DNA of 40,636 bases from positions 1 to 40,636 of the IMG/VR virus record IMGVR_UViG_3300017937_000055. One strand, written 5' to 3'. The notes below the pieces were generated by a model. The model was not told where the DNA came from. It saw only the letters and a list, made by a program, of their open reading frames with translations, and did no database searches. Every line of letters starts with the position of its first letter. Positions within the stretch are counted from its first letter, which is position 1. This document shows, one piece after another, positions 17,118-27,400 of the stretch. A program made the position numbers and the translations under genes. The DNA comes from a virus. Taxonomy: Duplodnaviria; Caudoviricetes.

Positions 17118-18019
17118 AATACGCGCACATCCTGCTTGCCGTAACCGAGGAACGATGGGCGATCGAGCCATCGAAGATGCAGGCGATCCTCGATTTCCTC
17201 ACCGACCAGGCCTCGGGCGTCAAATATTCCGCCGAGGAGATCGAGGCGCGGCTGACGCAGAAGGCAGAGAAGGAAGTGGCGCGCCGGGATGGACAAGTTG
17301 CCATTCTGCCGCTTCGGGGCGTCATCGCCAACCGCATGTCCATGATGGATGACATCTCCGGCGGCACCAGTTCGGAAGGATTCGGCAAGGCATTCCAGTC
17401 CGCGCTGCGTGACGACGCGGTGAAGGCGATTATCCTCGACGTGGATTCGCCCGGCGGCGCTGTCAGTGGCACCGATGAACTGTCCTCGATGATCCACGGC
17501 GCTCGTGGCCAGAAGCCGATCATCGCCCAGGTGAACGCTAAAGCGGCTTCGGCGGCGTACTGGATTGCCAGTGCGGCGGATGAGATCGTCGTGACCCCCA
17601 CGGGCTCGGTCGGCTCCATCGGCGTTCTTGGGCTTCACACCGACCAGTCCGGGGCGCTCGAACAGGCAGGTATCAAAAAGACCATCATCAGTGCCGGGAA
17701 GTACAAAGCCGACATGAATCCCTATCAGCCGCTCGATGAGGGCGCTCTTGCTCGCGCCCAAGCCAGCGTCAACGCCGCCTACGACATGTTCGTACGGGCG
17801 GTGGCGCGCAATCGCGGCGTCAACCTCTCGGCCGTCCGTGACGGCTTCGGTGAGGGTGATATGGTCGATGCCGAGCCGGCCGTGTCCATGGGCATGGCGG
17901 ATCGTGTCGGCACGCTTGAGGATACCTTGAACCGTTTCGGCGCCTCGCAATATGGCGCACCGCAATCCAAGCGCCGGGCTTTCGCGATCGAACGCGAAAA
18001 GCGCGCCCTGACGCTCTGA
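17114..18019 (+). CDS. S49-family prohead protease
   Basis: LDVDSPGG, AASAAYWIAS, GSIGV, AGKYK. Confidence 0.92.
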   Translation: MKYAHILLAVTEERWAIEPSKMQAILDFLTDQASGVKYSAEEIEARLTQKAEKEVARRDGQVAILPLRGVIANRMSMMDDISGGTSSEGFGKAFQSALRDDAVKAIILDVDSPGGAVSGTDELSSMIHGARGQKPIIAQVNAKAASAAYWIASAADEIVVTPTGSVGSIGVLGLHTDQSGALEQAGIKKTIISAGKYKADMNPYQPLDEGALARAQASVNAAYDMFVRAVARNRGVNLSAVRDGFGEGDMVDAEPAVSMGMADRVGTLEDTLNRFGASQYGAPQSKRRAFAIEREKRALTL

Positions 18020-18113
18020 TTGATCCGACATCGTTGAAGAAATCGCGCTCCCGGGGCCGGCCGGGGCGATTGCGAAGTCCTACCCGGCGTTCAGCACACG
18101 AAAGGGAAATTTC

Positions 18114-19409
18114 ATGCTGAAGAAGCTCCGTGAGAAGCGCGCAAGCCTCGTTGCCGAGATGCGCGGTATCGTCGAAACGGCGGAAAGCGAGGATCGTGAC
18201 CTGACCGCCGAGGAACAGACGGCTTTCGACGAAAAGAAGGCTGAAAAGGATGCGCTGGACAAGCGTATCGAGCGACTGGAAGGTGTTGACGCCGCTTCGG
18301 CCGCGCTGGAAGAGATCGTTCCGGCGGCTTCCCGCCGCTCCGGCATCCAGCGTCCGAACGGTCCCGAGGCCAAGAAGGAATTCGAGAACATGGGGGAATT
18401 CCTCCATGCGGTTCGCTTCAATCAGAACGACCAGCGGCTGAACTATGTCGAGAATACCGCCGCTCTCGGCGAGGATGGCGAGCTTCGTGCCGAGATGCGC
18501 ATGGACGACAATGCGAGCGGCGGCTTCATGGTGCCTCCGCAGTTGCGCACCACCATCATGTCGGTTCCTCCGCAGGATGCATTGGTTCGTCCCCGCGCCA
18601 ACGTCATCGAGGCCGGCAGCCCGCCGGATGCGTCCATCACCATGCCGGCACTTGACCAGACTGGCGAAAATCCCGCCAATATGTTCGGCGGTATGCAGTT
18701 TTCGTGGATCGAGGAAGGCGGCGACAAGCCGGAGACGGATGCCAAACTGCGCAACGTCACCCTGACGCCGCACGAGATCGCCGGCTTCGTGACCATCACG
18801 GACAAGCTTCTGCGTAATTGGACCGCAGCCAGTTCCTTCATCGAAAACCTGATGCGACAGGGCGTCACGGCGGCGGAAGACTACAACTTCATCCGTGGCG
18901 ACGGGAACAAGAAGCCGCTCGGCGTCCTCAATTCCGGCGCGATGTACTGGATCAACCGCGCCACCGCCAACCAGATCGGCTATCTCGACCTCGTCAATAT
19001 GGTGGCGCGTCTCCTGATGCGTGGAGGTCAGTCGCCGGTGTGGTCGATGCCGCAGTCGGCAATCACGCAGATCGCCACCCTGCAGGACCCGATGGGCCGC
19101 TACATCTGGCAGGCGAACGCCGTGAACGGCATGGCCGGCCAGCTCCTCGGCTATCCGGTGCGCTGGAACAACCGTGCTCCGGCGCTCGGCAGCAAGGGCG
19201 ATGTCCTGCTTGCCGATTGGGACGACTATCTGATCAAGGACGGTTCCGGTCCCTTCGTGGCCGCCTCGGAGCACGTCAAGTTCACCTCGAACAAGACCGT
19301 GATCAAAATCTTCTGGAACGTCGACGGCGCGCCCTGGCTCACCGCGCCGATCAAGGAAGAGAACGGCTACGAGGTTTCGCCCTTCGTCGGCCTCGACGTT
19401 CCGGCCTGA
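18114..19409 (+). CDS. Major capsid protein (HK97 fold)
   Basis: Coiled-coil delta domain, GGFMVP, WIEEG, GDGNKKPLG, LLGYPV. Confidence 0.95.
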   Translation: MLKKLREKRASLVAEMRGIVETAESEDRDLTAEEQTAFDEKKAEKDALDKRIERLEGVDAASAALEEIVPAASRRSGIQRPNGPEAKKEFENMGEFLHAVRFNQNDQRLNYVENTAALGEDGELRAEMRMDDNASGGFMVPPQLRTTIMSVPPQDALVRPRANVIEAGSPPDASITMPALDQTGENPANMFGGMQFSWIEEGGDKPETDAKLRNVTLTPHEIAGFVTITDKLLRNWTAASSFIENLMRQGVTAAEDYNFIRGDGNKKPLGVLNSGAMYWINRATANQIGYLDLVNMVARLLMRGGQSPVWSMPQSAITQIATLQDPMGRYIWQANAVNGMAGQLLGYPVRWNNRAPALGSKGDVLLADWDDYLIKDGSGPFVAASEHVKFTSNKTVIKIFWNVDGAPWLTAPIKEENGYEVSPFVGLDVPA

Positions 19410-19426
19410 TAGCCGACACAGAAGCC

Positions 19427-19454
19427 GAGAGCCGGCGTTGAGCCGGTTCTCTTC
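19427..19454 (+). terminator. Weak terminator/hairpin after the capsid gene
   Basis: GAGAGCCGGC-GTTGA-GCCGGTTCTC followed by TTC. Confidence 0.45.
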
Positions 19455-19494
19455 ACCCCGTCCTCCATAACAAACCCGATGAAAGGAGTTCGCC

Positions 19495-19926
19495 ATGCGC
19501 GATCTCGCAAGTCTCGTTTCGGCTGCCGTGCTTCTGCCCGCCGCCACCTATGCCGCCGACAATACGCCGGCCGCCGTCGATCTCAGCGGCTATGAGAGCG
19601 CCGTGATCCTGCTCCATGTCGGCGTCGGCGGCATCACCTTCGACGATACCAACAAGATCGAGTTCAAGCTCACGCATTCCGACGACGGCACCACTTACGA
19701 TCCTGTCGATGCAACCGATGTTCAAGGCGTCGCAAGCGTCGGAACGGGCGGCATCGTCAAGGCACTGAACGCCGCTCATGCCGCCGATGACGTGACCAGG
19801 ATCGGCTATATGGGCGGCCGCCGTTATCTGAAGCTGCTGGCGGATTTCTCCGGCACGCACGGCACCGGCACGCCGATCGCCGCCACCGTCGTGAAGGGCA
19901 ACCCCCGCTTCGCGCCGGCCGCCTGA
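19495..19926 (+). CDS. Virion protein, possible head decoration
   Basis: 143 aa beta-rich, AGGAG RBS, directly after the capsid gene. Confidence 0.65.
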   Translation: MRDLASLVSAAVLLPAATYAADNTPAAVDLSGYESAVILLHVGVGGITFDDTNKIEFKLTHSDDGTTYDPVDATDVQGVASVGTGGIVKALNAAHAADDVTRIGYMGGRRYLKLLADFSGTHGTGTPIAATVVKGNPRFAPAA

Positions 19927-19985
19927 TCAGCAATGCCATCGATCCCGGTGCCCAGACGCCGGGCTCTCAATCGGAGAACAGGATA

Positions 19986-20306
19986 ATGACGAAAGCATTG
20001 ACCGTGCTTGCCGAATGCGTGGATAAGCGCAGCGGCAAGCGTTTCCAGCGCAACGACGTGTTCGATCCCGCGCCGAACCCGGAACAGGCCCGTCGTCTCA
20101 TTGCGGCCGGCTGCTTGCCGAAAGTAGCATTGGACGTGGCCGTTGCCGCGCAGACGGAAGCCGAAAAGACCGCCGAGGAAGCCGCGAGGAAAAAGCGCGA
20201 GGAGGATGAGGCGGCGGCGAAGGCCAAGGCTGACGCTGATGCGAAAGCCAAGGCCGAAGCGGATCAGAAGGCCGCCGAGGAAGCCGCGAGGAAGGACGGC
20301 AAGTAA
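19986..20306 (+). CDS. Hypothetical head-region protein with A/K/E-rich tail
   Basis: 106 aa; repeated AEEAARK. Confidence 0.7.
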   Translation: MTKALTVLAECVDKRSGKRFQRNDVFDPAPNPEQARRLIAAGCLPKVALDVAVAAQTEAEKTAEEAARKKREEDEAAAKAKADADAKAKAEADQKAAEEAARKDGK

Positions 20307-20310
20307 GCTG

Positions 20311-20982
20311 ATGCTCCGCGTTGTCACCCCGCCTGATCCAATCGTCAAGCCGTCCGATCTGTCGGGCAGCTATCTCGACACGGACGCATCCGCCCTTGCG
20401 ACCATCGCGGCGGTGACGGAAGCGATCGACGGCCCGACCGCCTGGTTAGGCCGGGCTCTCGGCCCGCAGACGCTGGAACTCACGCTCGATAGCTGGCACG
20501 CGCACCGTCACCACCATTATTGGTACTATCCGCATGACCATGTTCTCGCATTCCGCCTGCCATGCCCACCGATCATTGCGATCGAGAGCGTGATCTATCT
20601 CGATATTGATGGGAATGAGCAGACGGTCGATGTGGCCAACTATGGTCTCAGGGATGACCTGCTCTGGTTCCAGCCGGGCTGGTCAGCGCCGGAGCTCGGA
20701 TGCTTTCCGGAGCCGATCCGGGTCCAGTATAAGGCCGGCTATAACGGCACGGATGGTGCCATAGTGGGTGAATTGCAGACCGGCGCCGTCCCGGCACGCG
20801 CCAAACAGGCGATCATCCTGACGGCTCAGCACATGCTCAACACGGCGGCGGAGAACCTCTTTCTCAGCGTCGATGAGGTCGCTGGCGTCGGTCGGCAGCA
20901 ATATGTCGTGTCGGACGCAGCGCGCCAGACAATAGAAAACACCTGTGGCCGGCTTCTGTCGGGGTTGAGGGTGTACTCATGA
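20311..20982 (+). CDS. Head-tail connector (adaptor)
   Basis: LGRALGPQT, LPCPPI..IESV.Y, YKAGY, VPARAKQAI. Confidence 0.8.
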   Translation: MLRVVTPPDPIVKPSDLSGSYLDTDASALATIAAVTEAIDGPTAWLGRALGPQTLELTLDSWHAHRHHHYWYYPHDHVLAFRLPCPPIIAIESVIYLDIDGNEQTVDVANYGLRDDLLWFQPGWSAPELGCFPEPIRVQYKAGYNGTDGAIVGELQTGAVPARAKQAIILTAQHMLNTAAENLFLSVDEVAGVGRQQYVVSDAARQTIENTCGRLLSGLRVYS

Positions 20983-21314
20983 CCCCGGCCACCGCGCAGG
21001 CGATGTACCGGCGCCAGTTCGACCAGCATGGCCGCCGCGTCTCCATCAAGCGTCCCGGCTCGGACAATCTGGAGAATGTTCGCGTCCGGATCATCGCTTT
21101 CACGCCGCAGGAAATCGCCAGCGGTGTCGCTGTCGGCAGCCGCAAGGTGATCGTGCTTGCCGAGGACGTGCCGGACAGCTTCGCACCATTGAAGAAGGGC
21201 GATTCCGTCCTGGTCGATGGCAAGTCGCTGATGTTCACGCAGACCCCGGATGATCAGACCCGGCGCGTCGGCGAGACGCTGATCGCCTATGAGTGCGTCG
21301 TGGCGGGCGCGTGA
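20979..21314 (+). CDS. Head closure / head-tail joining protein
   Basis: 111 aa, position and coupling; LKKGDSVLVDG. Confidence 0.65.
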   Translation: MTPATAQAMYRRQFDQHGRRVSIKRPGSDNLENVRVRIIAFTPQEIASGVAVGSRKVIVLAEDVPDSFAPLKKGDSVLVDGKSLMFTQTPDDQTRRVGETLIAYECVVAGA

Positions 21315-21970
21315 TGGGCCAGCTCGACGATTTCGTGAAGGACATCAAGGTCGTCGTTTCCGACCTGAAATCGCCGGAAGAGAAGTCCAAACGGCTTGCC
21401 GCCTTCGCCCGAAAACAGATCGCCGAAGCGGTCCAGATCAATCAGGTGGCAACGGGCCAGCCAAGCTCGTACCAGGTCGCCGTGGACGGGCGCATCGGAG
21501 CGCCGATCGACAGCGTGAAGCCGGATGGCGTGATCGTCGCAACATTCGATCTCATCGCCGATGTGCTGGATTGGATCGGTGCGATGCTGGTGAAGGAATC
21601 GCCGGTCCTGACGGGCGAATACGCGGCCTCGCACCGGTTGTTTGTGGATGGTGTCGAGCACGAGCCTGGCGATGTGGTCCCGGAAGCGGACGAATATGTG
21701 TTCGTGAGCGTTGTTCCCTATGCCCGGAAGATCGAGCGCGGTCTCTCGTCTCAAGCGCCGGATGGCGTTTATCAGGCCGTCGCGGCCGTGGCGCGCAATC
21801 GCTTCGGCAACACGGCGAAGATCAGCTTCGGCTATCGTTCGGTCAAGGGCGGCGAAAGCCATCTGGAGAACTGGGCCAGCCGCACGAAGCTTACGCGGAA
21901 AGGGCTCAACGAGAAAAGCCGCCCGGACTGGTTGCGCCGGCAACCCGCAATCCTCGTTTATCCGAGATAA
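21314..21970 (+). CDS. Neck protein
   Basis: SPVLTG and VPYARKIERG motifs of HK97 gp10-like proteins. Confidence 0.7.
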   Translation: MGQLDDFVKDIKVVVSDLKSPEEKSKRLAAFARKQIAEAVQINQVATGQPSSYQVAVDGRIGAPIDSVKPDGVIVATFDLIADVLDWIGAMLVKESPVLTGEYAASHRLFVDGVEHEPGDVVPEADEYVFVSVVPYARKIERGLSSQAPDGVYQAVAAVARNRFGNTAKISFGYRSVKGGESHLENWASRTKLTRKGLNEKSRPDWLRRQPAILVYPR

Positions 21971-21973
21971 GAA

Positions 21974-22399
21974 ATGGCTCATCTGTCTGTGGTCAATGCC
22001 GTCGCGGCGCGCGTGGCGGCCAACTTTACCCATTGCCCGATCATCGGAGAGAACAGCAATCAGGATGTGCCGGCCGACGGTTCGGCCTTCCTCCAGCTCC
22101 AGTTTCCGTTCTCGACAACGGAATGGGTCGAGGTGGAAGGGCCGGACGGCTCGATTTTTCGGGAGGAGGGCGCGTTCCGCTTCGTCCTTGCCGTCCCGCG
22201 TTACGATGCTGCCGCCACAGCAACCGGCCGGCAATGGCTTGAGGAACTAGCGCAGCTCTTCACCGGCGTCGCTTTCGATGGTGTCCAGACCTTCGCGCCG
22301 GATAGCCCTGTTGCCGACGATAACAACGACGATGCCTCCTATTACAGGCTGAGCATGGCCGTGGCCTACCAATTCCACTTCGTCTCTGCCGCAAACTGA
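21974..22399 (+). CDS. Tail terminator-like protein
   Basis: 141 aa, position upstream of the tail tube gene. Confidence 0.6.
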   Translation: MAHLSVVNAVAARVAANFTHCPIIGENSNQDVPADGSAFLQLQFPFSTTEWVEVEGPDGSIFREEGAFRFVLAVPRYDAAATATGRQWLEELAQLFTGVAFDGVQTFAPDSPVADDNNDDASYYRLSMAVAYQFHFVSAAN

Positions 22400-22430
22400 G
22401 CGGCTTTCCCTCACATCATAGGAGACTGTA

Positions 22431-22835
22431 ATGGCCGATCTCACGATCACGGCGGCGAACGTCGTCAAGGGCAGCAATGCCATCACTGTAAATGGAACCG
22501 CAGGGGTCGCGATCACGGCAGGGCAGGTCGTCTATCTCGATACGGCAAGCGGAAAATGGAAGCTCGCTGACAATGACCTCGCCGCAGCGAAAAATCCGGG
22601 CGGTATCGCGCTCAATGGCGCATCCGATGGCCAGCCGCTTGTCGTGCTCACCTCGGGGGATGTCACCATGGGCGCCGCGCTGACTGCCGGCACCGCCTAT
22701 TACCTCTCGGCGACCGCCGGCGGCATCTGCCCCGTCGCCGATCTCGTGACCGGCGACAACGTTGCCCAGATCGGCATCGCCAAATCGGCCTCGGTCCTCG
22801 CCGTCAAGATCATCGTTCCCGGCGTCACGCTTTAG
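22431..22835 (+). CDS. Cement/decoration-like virion protein
   Basis: AGVAITAGQVVY...GIALNGA..GQP...LTAGTAYYLS beta-rich pattern; AGGAG RBS. Confidence 0.6.
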   Translation: MADLTITAANVVKGSNAITVNGTAGVAITAGQVVYLDTASGKWKLADNDLAAAKNPGGIALNGASDGQPLVVLTSGDVTMGAALTAGTAYYLSATAGGICPVADLVTGDNVAQIGIAKSASVLAVKIIVPGVTL

Positions 22836-22892
22836 GCGCGCCGCAAGCCCTTCCGCCCTTGGGCAAGGCGTTAGCACAGGAGAAAAGCCATC

Positions 22893-23354
22893 ATGGCTAA
22901 CAATCCTCTTCCCGTTGCCCGCACGACGGTCTCGATCGGCGGCGTCACAGGCACCTATGACCAGACAACCCTGGCGGCCGATACCTACGTCAAGATTGCT
23001 GGTGTCCGTACCGTTCCCGGCTTCGGCGACACGTTCCAGGATGTGACCGTCGAGGAGGTCGAGGACGGCCGCACCCGTCATGCCAAGGGGACCGCAAACG
23101 GCCAATCCATGCAGATCGTGTGTTCGCGTCGCTCCGCCGATCCCGGCCAGGTCGCCATGAATGCCGCGGCGGCTGATACCCAGCAGGCCTACAACCTCAA
23201 GATATCGATCCCGAACGGCGCCGGTGACTTCGACATCTATTACCTCAGCGTCCTCGTCTCCTCGAACGAGAAGGGCATGGGCGGTCCGAATGATACCCAG
23301 ACCATAACCTTCACCTGCCAGCCGCAGGAAGCGCCAATCGAGGTGCTTGCGTAA
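22893..23354 (+). CDS. Major tail tube protein
   Basis: GRTRHAKGTANG, DPGQ..M.AA motifs; upstream of the chaperone genes. Confidence 0.8.
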   Translation: MANNPLPVARTTVSIGGVTGTYDQTTLAADTYVKIAGVRTVPGFGDTFQDVTVEEVEDGRTRHAKGTANGQSMQIVCSRRSADPGQVAMNAAAADTQQAYNLKISIPNGAGDFDIYYLSVLVSSNEKGMGGPNDTQTITFTCQPQEAPIEVLA

Positions 23355-23446
23355 TCACGCGCGTGAAGGGCCGGTGGCGTTGTCGGAGCGCCGCCGGCCT
23401 GCCTTCCGACATCTCCGGCACAATCCGACCATAGGATACCAACAGC

Positions 23447-23836
23447 ATGTCTCAGCTCAATTCCGAAGTCGCCATCACCTTGAACGGCGACGACTATACC
23501 CTGCGTCCCAGCCTCAAGGCCGCGACGGCGATCAGCACCCGTTTTGGCGGGCTCAATGACGCCTATGTCGCCATCGGCCGGCTTCAGCTCGATGCCTACG
23601 TCTTCATCGTGCGGTCCGGCCTGCCGAAAGAGCAGTTGAAGAAATTTCCCGACGAAAACGATCTTCCCACCGCCGTATGGCGCACCGGCATGGATAATCT
23701 TGCCGAGCCGCTGGCGAAATTCGTCAACATCCTGCGGCACGGTGGCCGCAACCCGGAAGTCGTTCAGGACGATGAGGACGAGGAAGGCGGAAAAGGCGAG
23801 GGCGCCTCGGGAAACGATCCCCTGCACGTCTCCTGA
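23447..23836 (+). CDS. Tail assembly chaperone (gpG-like)
   Basis: ITLNGDDYTLRPSL; between tube and tape measure; slippery site near the end. Confidence 0.8.
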   Translation: MSQLNSEVAITLNGDDYTLRPSLKAATAISTRFGGLNDAYVAIGRLQLDAYVFIVRSGLPKEQLKKFPDENDLPTAVWRTGMDNLAEPLAKFVNILRHGGRNPEVVQDDEDEEGGKGEGASGNDPLHVS

Positions 23837-24105
23837 CGCCGGAGGACGTGCTGGACAGCACCTACGAGGCGGCGGTTTCATCGCTTCGCGGATGGTCAGA
23901 CAAGGCCATCATGGAGTGCGATCTCCGGCGTCTCTGCTTCGCGATCGACACAGCGGAGAAGGTCAATCGGGACGAATGGCGTCACCGCTATCGTCTTGCT
24001 GGTTGGAAAGTCGAAGAGCCGGTTTATGAGCCCGAGACCGATGAAGAGTTCAACGAACAGGTCCGGGCGACAATGCGGATGTTCAGCAGGAGCAGAGGGG
24101 CTTAA
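23809..24105 (+). CDS. gpT-like extension expressed by -1 frameshift (G-GT)
   Basis: G GGA AAC at 23809-23815; the -1 frame is open to the stop at 24105. Confidence 0.75.
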   Translation, partial: GKRSPARLLTPEDVLDSTYEAAVSSLRGWSDKAIMECDLRRLCFAIDTAEKVNRDEWRHRYRLAGWKVEEPVYEPETDEEFNEQVRATMRMFSRSRGA

Positions 24106-24359
24106 TTGTTGTTCTTTGGGTGAAGCGCCGCTTGGAATTCAGCTTCTGAGATGAAGCCGGAGCTGACGCAGTTGCCGATCTTCTCGGAATCCCCTTTCCA
24201 AAACCGTCCCTCTTTGGTGCGATTAAGCGCCCTGAGGCATTCCTCGCGGGAACTGGCATCCGAACTAGCCTGCGCTGACTGGCTGACCTGATTGTAGAGA
24301 TAATACGATCCGGCCGCTATCACGACGATGCAGGCCGCCCCCACCAGAAATTTCAGCAT
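24102..24359 (-). CDS. Small membrane-anchored moron protein
   Basis: GGAGG RBS; N-terminal TM, two further Cys; antisense between chaperone and tape measure. Confidence 0.7.
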   Translation of the reverse strand: MLKFLVGAACIVVIAAGSYYLYNQVSQSAQASSDASSREECLRALNRTKEGRFWKGDSEKIGNCVSSGFISEAEFQAALHPKNNN

Positions 24360-24418
24360 TTCTTCCACCTCCCTTTTCGAGGCGAAGGTAAGCCTCATCC
24401 TGTCAAGGATCAATCTCC

Positions 24419-27400
24419 ATGGCAACTGAACAGGTCCGCGTCCTTCGCGTCCGTTCTGAAGAGAGCGGCAGCGACAAGGTTGCGGCGGCTCTCAATAAGG
24501 TCGCTGCAGGTGCGACGGCGGCGGATAAAGCCGTCCAGAAGTATATCGACGATGCCAATGCGAGCGTGAGGCCCGTGGCGGAGGCGCTGGCAAAGTCGCA
24601 GGACGATTTTGCGAAGGCGACGCTCTCGACGGCGCGCAGCATTCAGAGCCTTGAGCAACGTATCGATCCCGTGGCACGGGCGCTGAGCGACTACGAAAAA
24701 GCCCAGAAGCGCGTCAATCTCGCGATCGATTCAGGTCAGATCAGCGCAGAGAAGGGCGCAACGATCCTCGCCGGCTATGAGAGCCGCTACGTCAAGGCTT
24801 CGCAGAGCGCGAGCAAGTTCGCCAACGACAACGAGAAGGCGTTCGCTCTCAATCGTGCTGGCATGATGGAACTGCGCGCCGCCGGCATCAATGCGTTTCA
24901 GGCACTCGCGTCAGGTATGAGCGCGACGCAAGTCGCGATGATGGAGGGCAGCCAGGTCATCGGCGCATTCGTCCAGGGGGCAGAGGGAGGCATCGGCGGG
25001 GCGCTGAAGGGCCTCGGCAGCAGCCTTCTCGGCGTCGGCTCCGGTATCCTTGCGACTTTCGGGACATTCCCCGTGGTCGCGATCGGCGCGACAGCCGCTG
25101 TTGCCGGTCTTTACAAAGGTTTCAGCGTTCTCGACGACTGGATGACGCACACCACTGCCGACGCGAAGGAATTCGCGACCTGGCTGGACAAGATCGGGCA
25201 GGGCGCAAACACGACTGCGGATTTCATCGATAAGGTCGGCAAAGCCATCCATGGAATGTCGCTCGTCGATCTCAACAAGACGGCGCGCGGATCAGCCGAG
25301 GATATCAAGAAACTTCAGGGCCAGCTCACAAATCCCTTGGCGGAAGCGGCTGGATGGGAGGGCAACATTTCCAACCCGGCGTTCGTTCGGACCTATCAGG
25401 AAATCGACGCTATCATCGATAAATTGAAGGGGGACGGCTACGCGAGCTTGGAAGATTTACATGCCGCGCTCGACAAAGTCGTTCAGGAACGCCCTGGCTT
25501 GCAGCGGCAGGCTGAGACATGGGAAAAAATTGGTGAGGAAATCCTTAAAGCCAAAGAAGCGGGGAAACAGTTTCAGCAACAGCAGGAGCGAATTGCCCAC
25601 GGCTACGGCTCCTATCAGCCCCGCGACAACGCCGCGTTGCAGAAATACTTCTCGGGTGATGCGCTTGCCGACGCGAAGGCACAGCAGGCGGTCGCGCTCC
25701 AGTCGATCAACGCCCGGACCGTAGCGCAGAGAGCTGCGGCCGCCGCCGCAGAAGTCGCAGCACGTCCGTTCGACCCAAATCAGAATCCCAATGTTCGCCT
25801 TTTCGAGGAAGGAGCCGCAAGCGCGAAGGTTTTTGCCGAGGCCACGCGGCAGGCCAACGATGCTCTCCGGGACACGCAGGATGCGCTGAAAACAGCCGGT
25901 CTCGACGGCTATGCGCGTTCTCTTGCCGAGATCAACGTCCAGCTTCAGCGCCAGATCGAACTCAACCCCGAGAACGCGGCGACATGGGAGAAGGTCGCCG
26001 ACGCGCAGAAGAAGGCGCTCGCCATCAACACGGTCAAGAGCTTTTATGATCCGCTGCAGGAGCAGCTTGGGTCATTGAAGGCAGAGGCCTCGACGATCTT
26101 CGCCAGCGACGACGCCCACCGCAAGCTGCTGGCGACCTTGCAGGCGGAAAACGATCTTCGGCGTCAGGGCATCGACCTCGGCTCTTCCTTCGCCCAGGGC
26201 TATGAGCATGACGTCGTCGCGATCTCCAATTATGCGGCGGCGGTCGGGCGGATCAAGGACGCGTGGGATCAGGTCAAGCAGGGCGGCGGCCAGGCCATCG
26301 ATGATCTTGTGAACGGCCTGACCGATGGCACGTCCAAGATCAGCGACGTGCTCAAGAACGTCACGAATGACCTGCTGAAGACGTTCACGCATCTTGGCGT
26401 CTCAAATCCGCTGAAGAACCTGATCTTTGGACAGCACCTGCCGACGCTTTCCGATCTGTTCAGCCCGACGCCGCAGGCACCATCATTGTCCACGCCGGGC
26501 CTCGGCTCGCTCGGCACTGTCATGAACCCGATGTACGTCGTTCCAGTCGCAGGCGCTGGCGGACTTGGTGGCGGCACCGGTGGCTTAGCTAGCCTGTTCA
26601 CCGATCCCATTGGCACGGTAAGCAAGTGGCTTGGCCTCGGCGGCACGGCGGGCGGCAATCCGACCATCGGCGCTGCGGCGACCGCGATCAAGGGCATCGA
26701 AAGCGGCGGCGACTACAGCGTCGTCAACAAGGTGACGGGAGCCTTGGGCGCATACCAGGTCATGCCGGAAAACGTCGCGTCGTGGACGAAGCAGGCGCTC
26801 GGCTATTCGATGACGCCGGACCAGTTCCTCAATTCATCTTCTGCGCAGGATAGCGTCTTCGCCAAGATCTTCGGCGGCTATATGTCGAAATACGGCCCGA
26901 GCGGCGCGGCGCAGGCATGGTTCGGCGGTCCCGGTTCGGTCGGCAAGAACGTTTCCGACGCCCTCGGCACGACATCGAGCGCCTATGTCGACAAGTTCAA
27001 CGCGGCGCTTGGCAGCGCGACGGACGCTACCGGCATCGCCGCGAAGGGCCTCGGCGCGCTCGGCAGCGGCTTCGATCGCTTTGGCCAAAGCCTAGCCAAT
27101 GTCTTTCCTGCCGCTCCATCCAGTGGTGGCGGAGGCATGTTCGGCTGGCTGGGCAATTTGTTCGGAGGCAGCTCGCCTACGTTTTCCAGCACCGCAGATG
27201 AACTCGCCTATTGGGGCTTTGCGGCAGGAACGCCGGCAGCGCCTCCGGGGTGGGCATGGGTCGGCGAGCAGGGGCCGGAGCTGATGCGCTTCAGGGGCGG
27301 TGAGACCGTGCTGCCGCACCCCGTCTCGATGGGCCTTGTTCGCGGCTATGCGAATGGCACGCCTGATGTTGCGAAAGGTCTCAAACCGCCGAGCGGCGCT

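Noticed and set aside
17820-19547. 575-aa minus-strand ORF and similar long antisense ORFs (e.g. 14617-15624, 17093-18031)
   Set aside because: Shadows of high-GC genuine genes with no recognisable motifs
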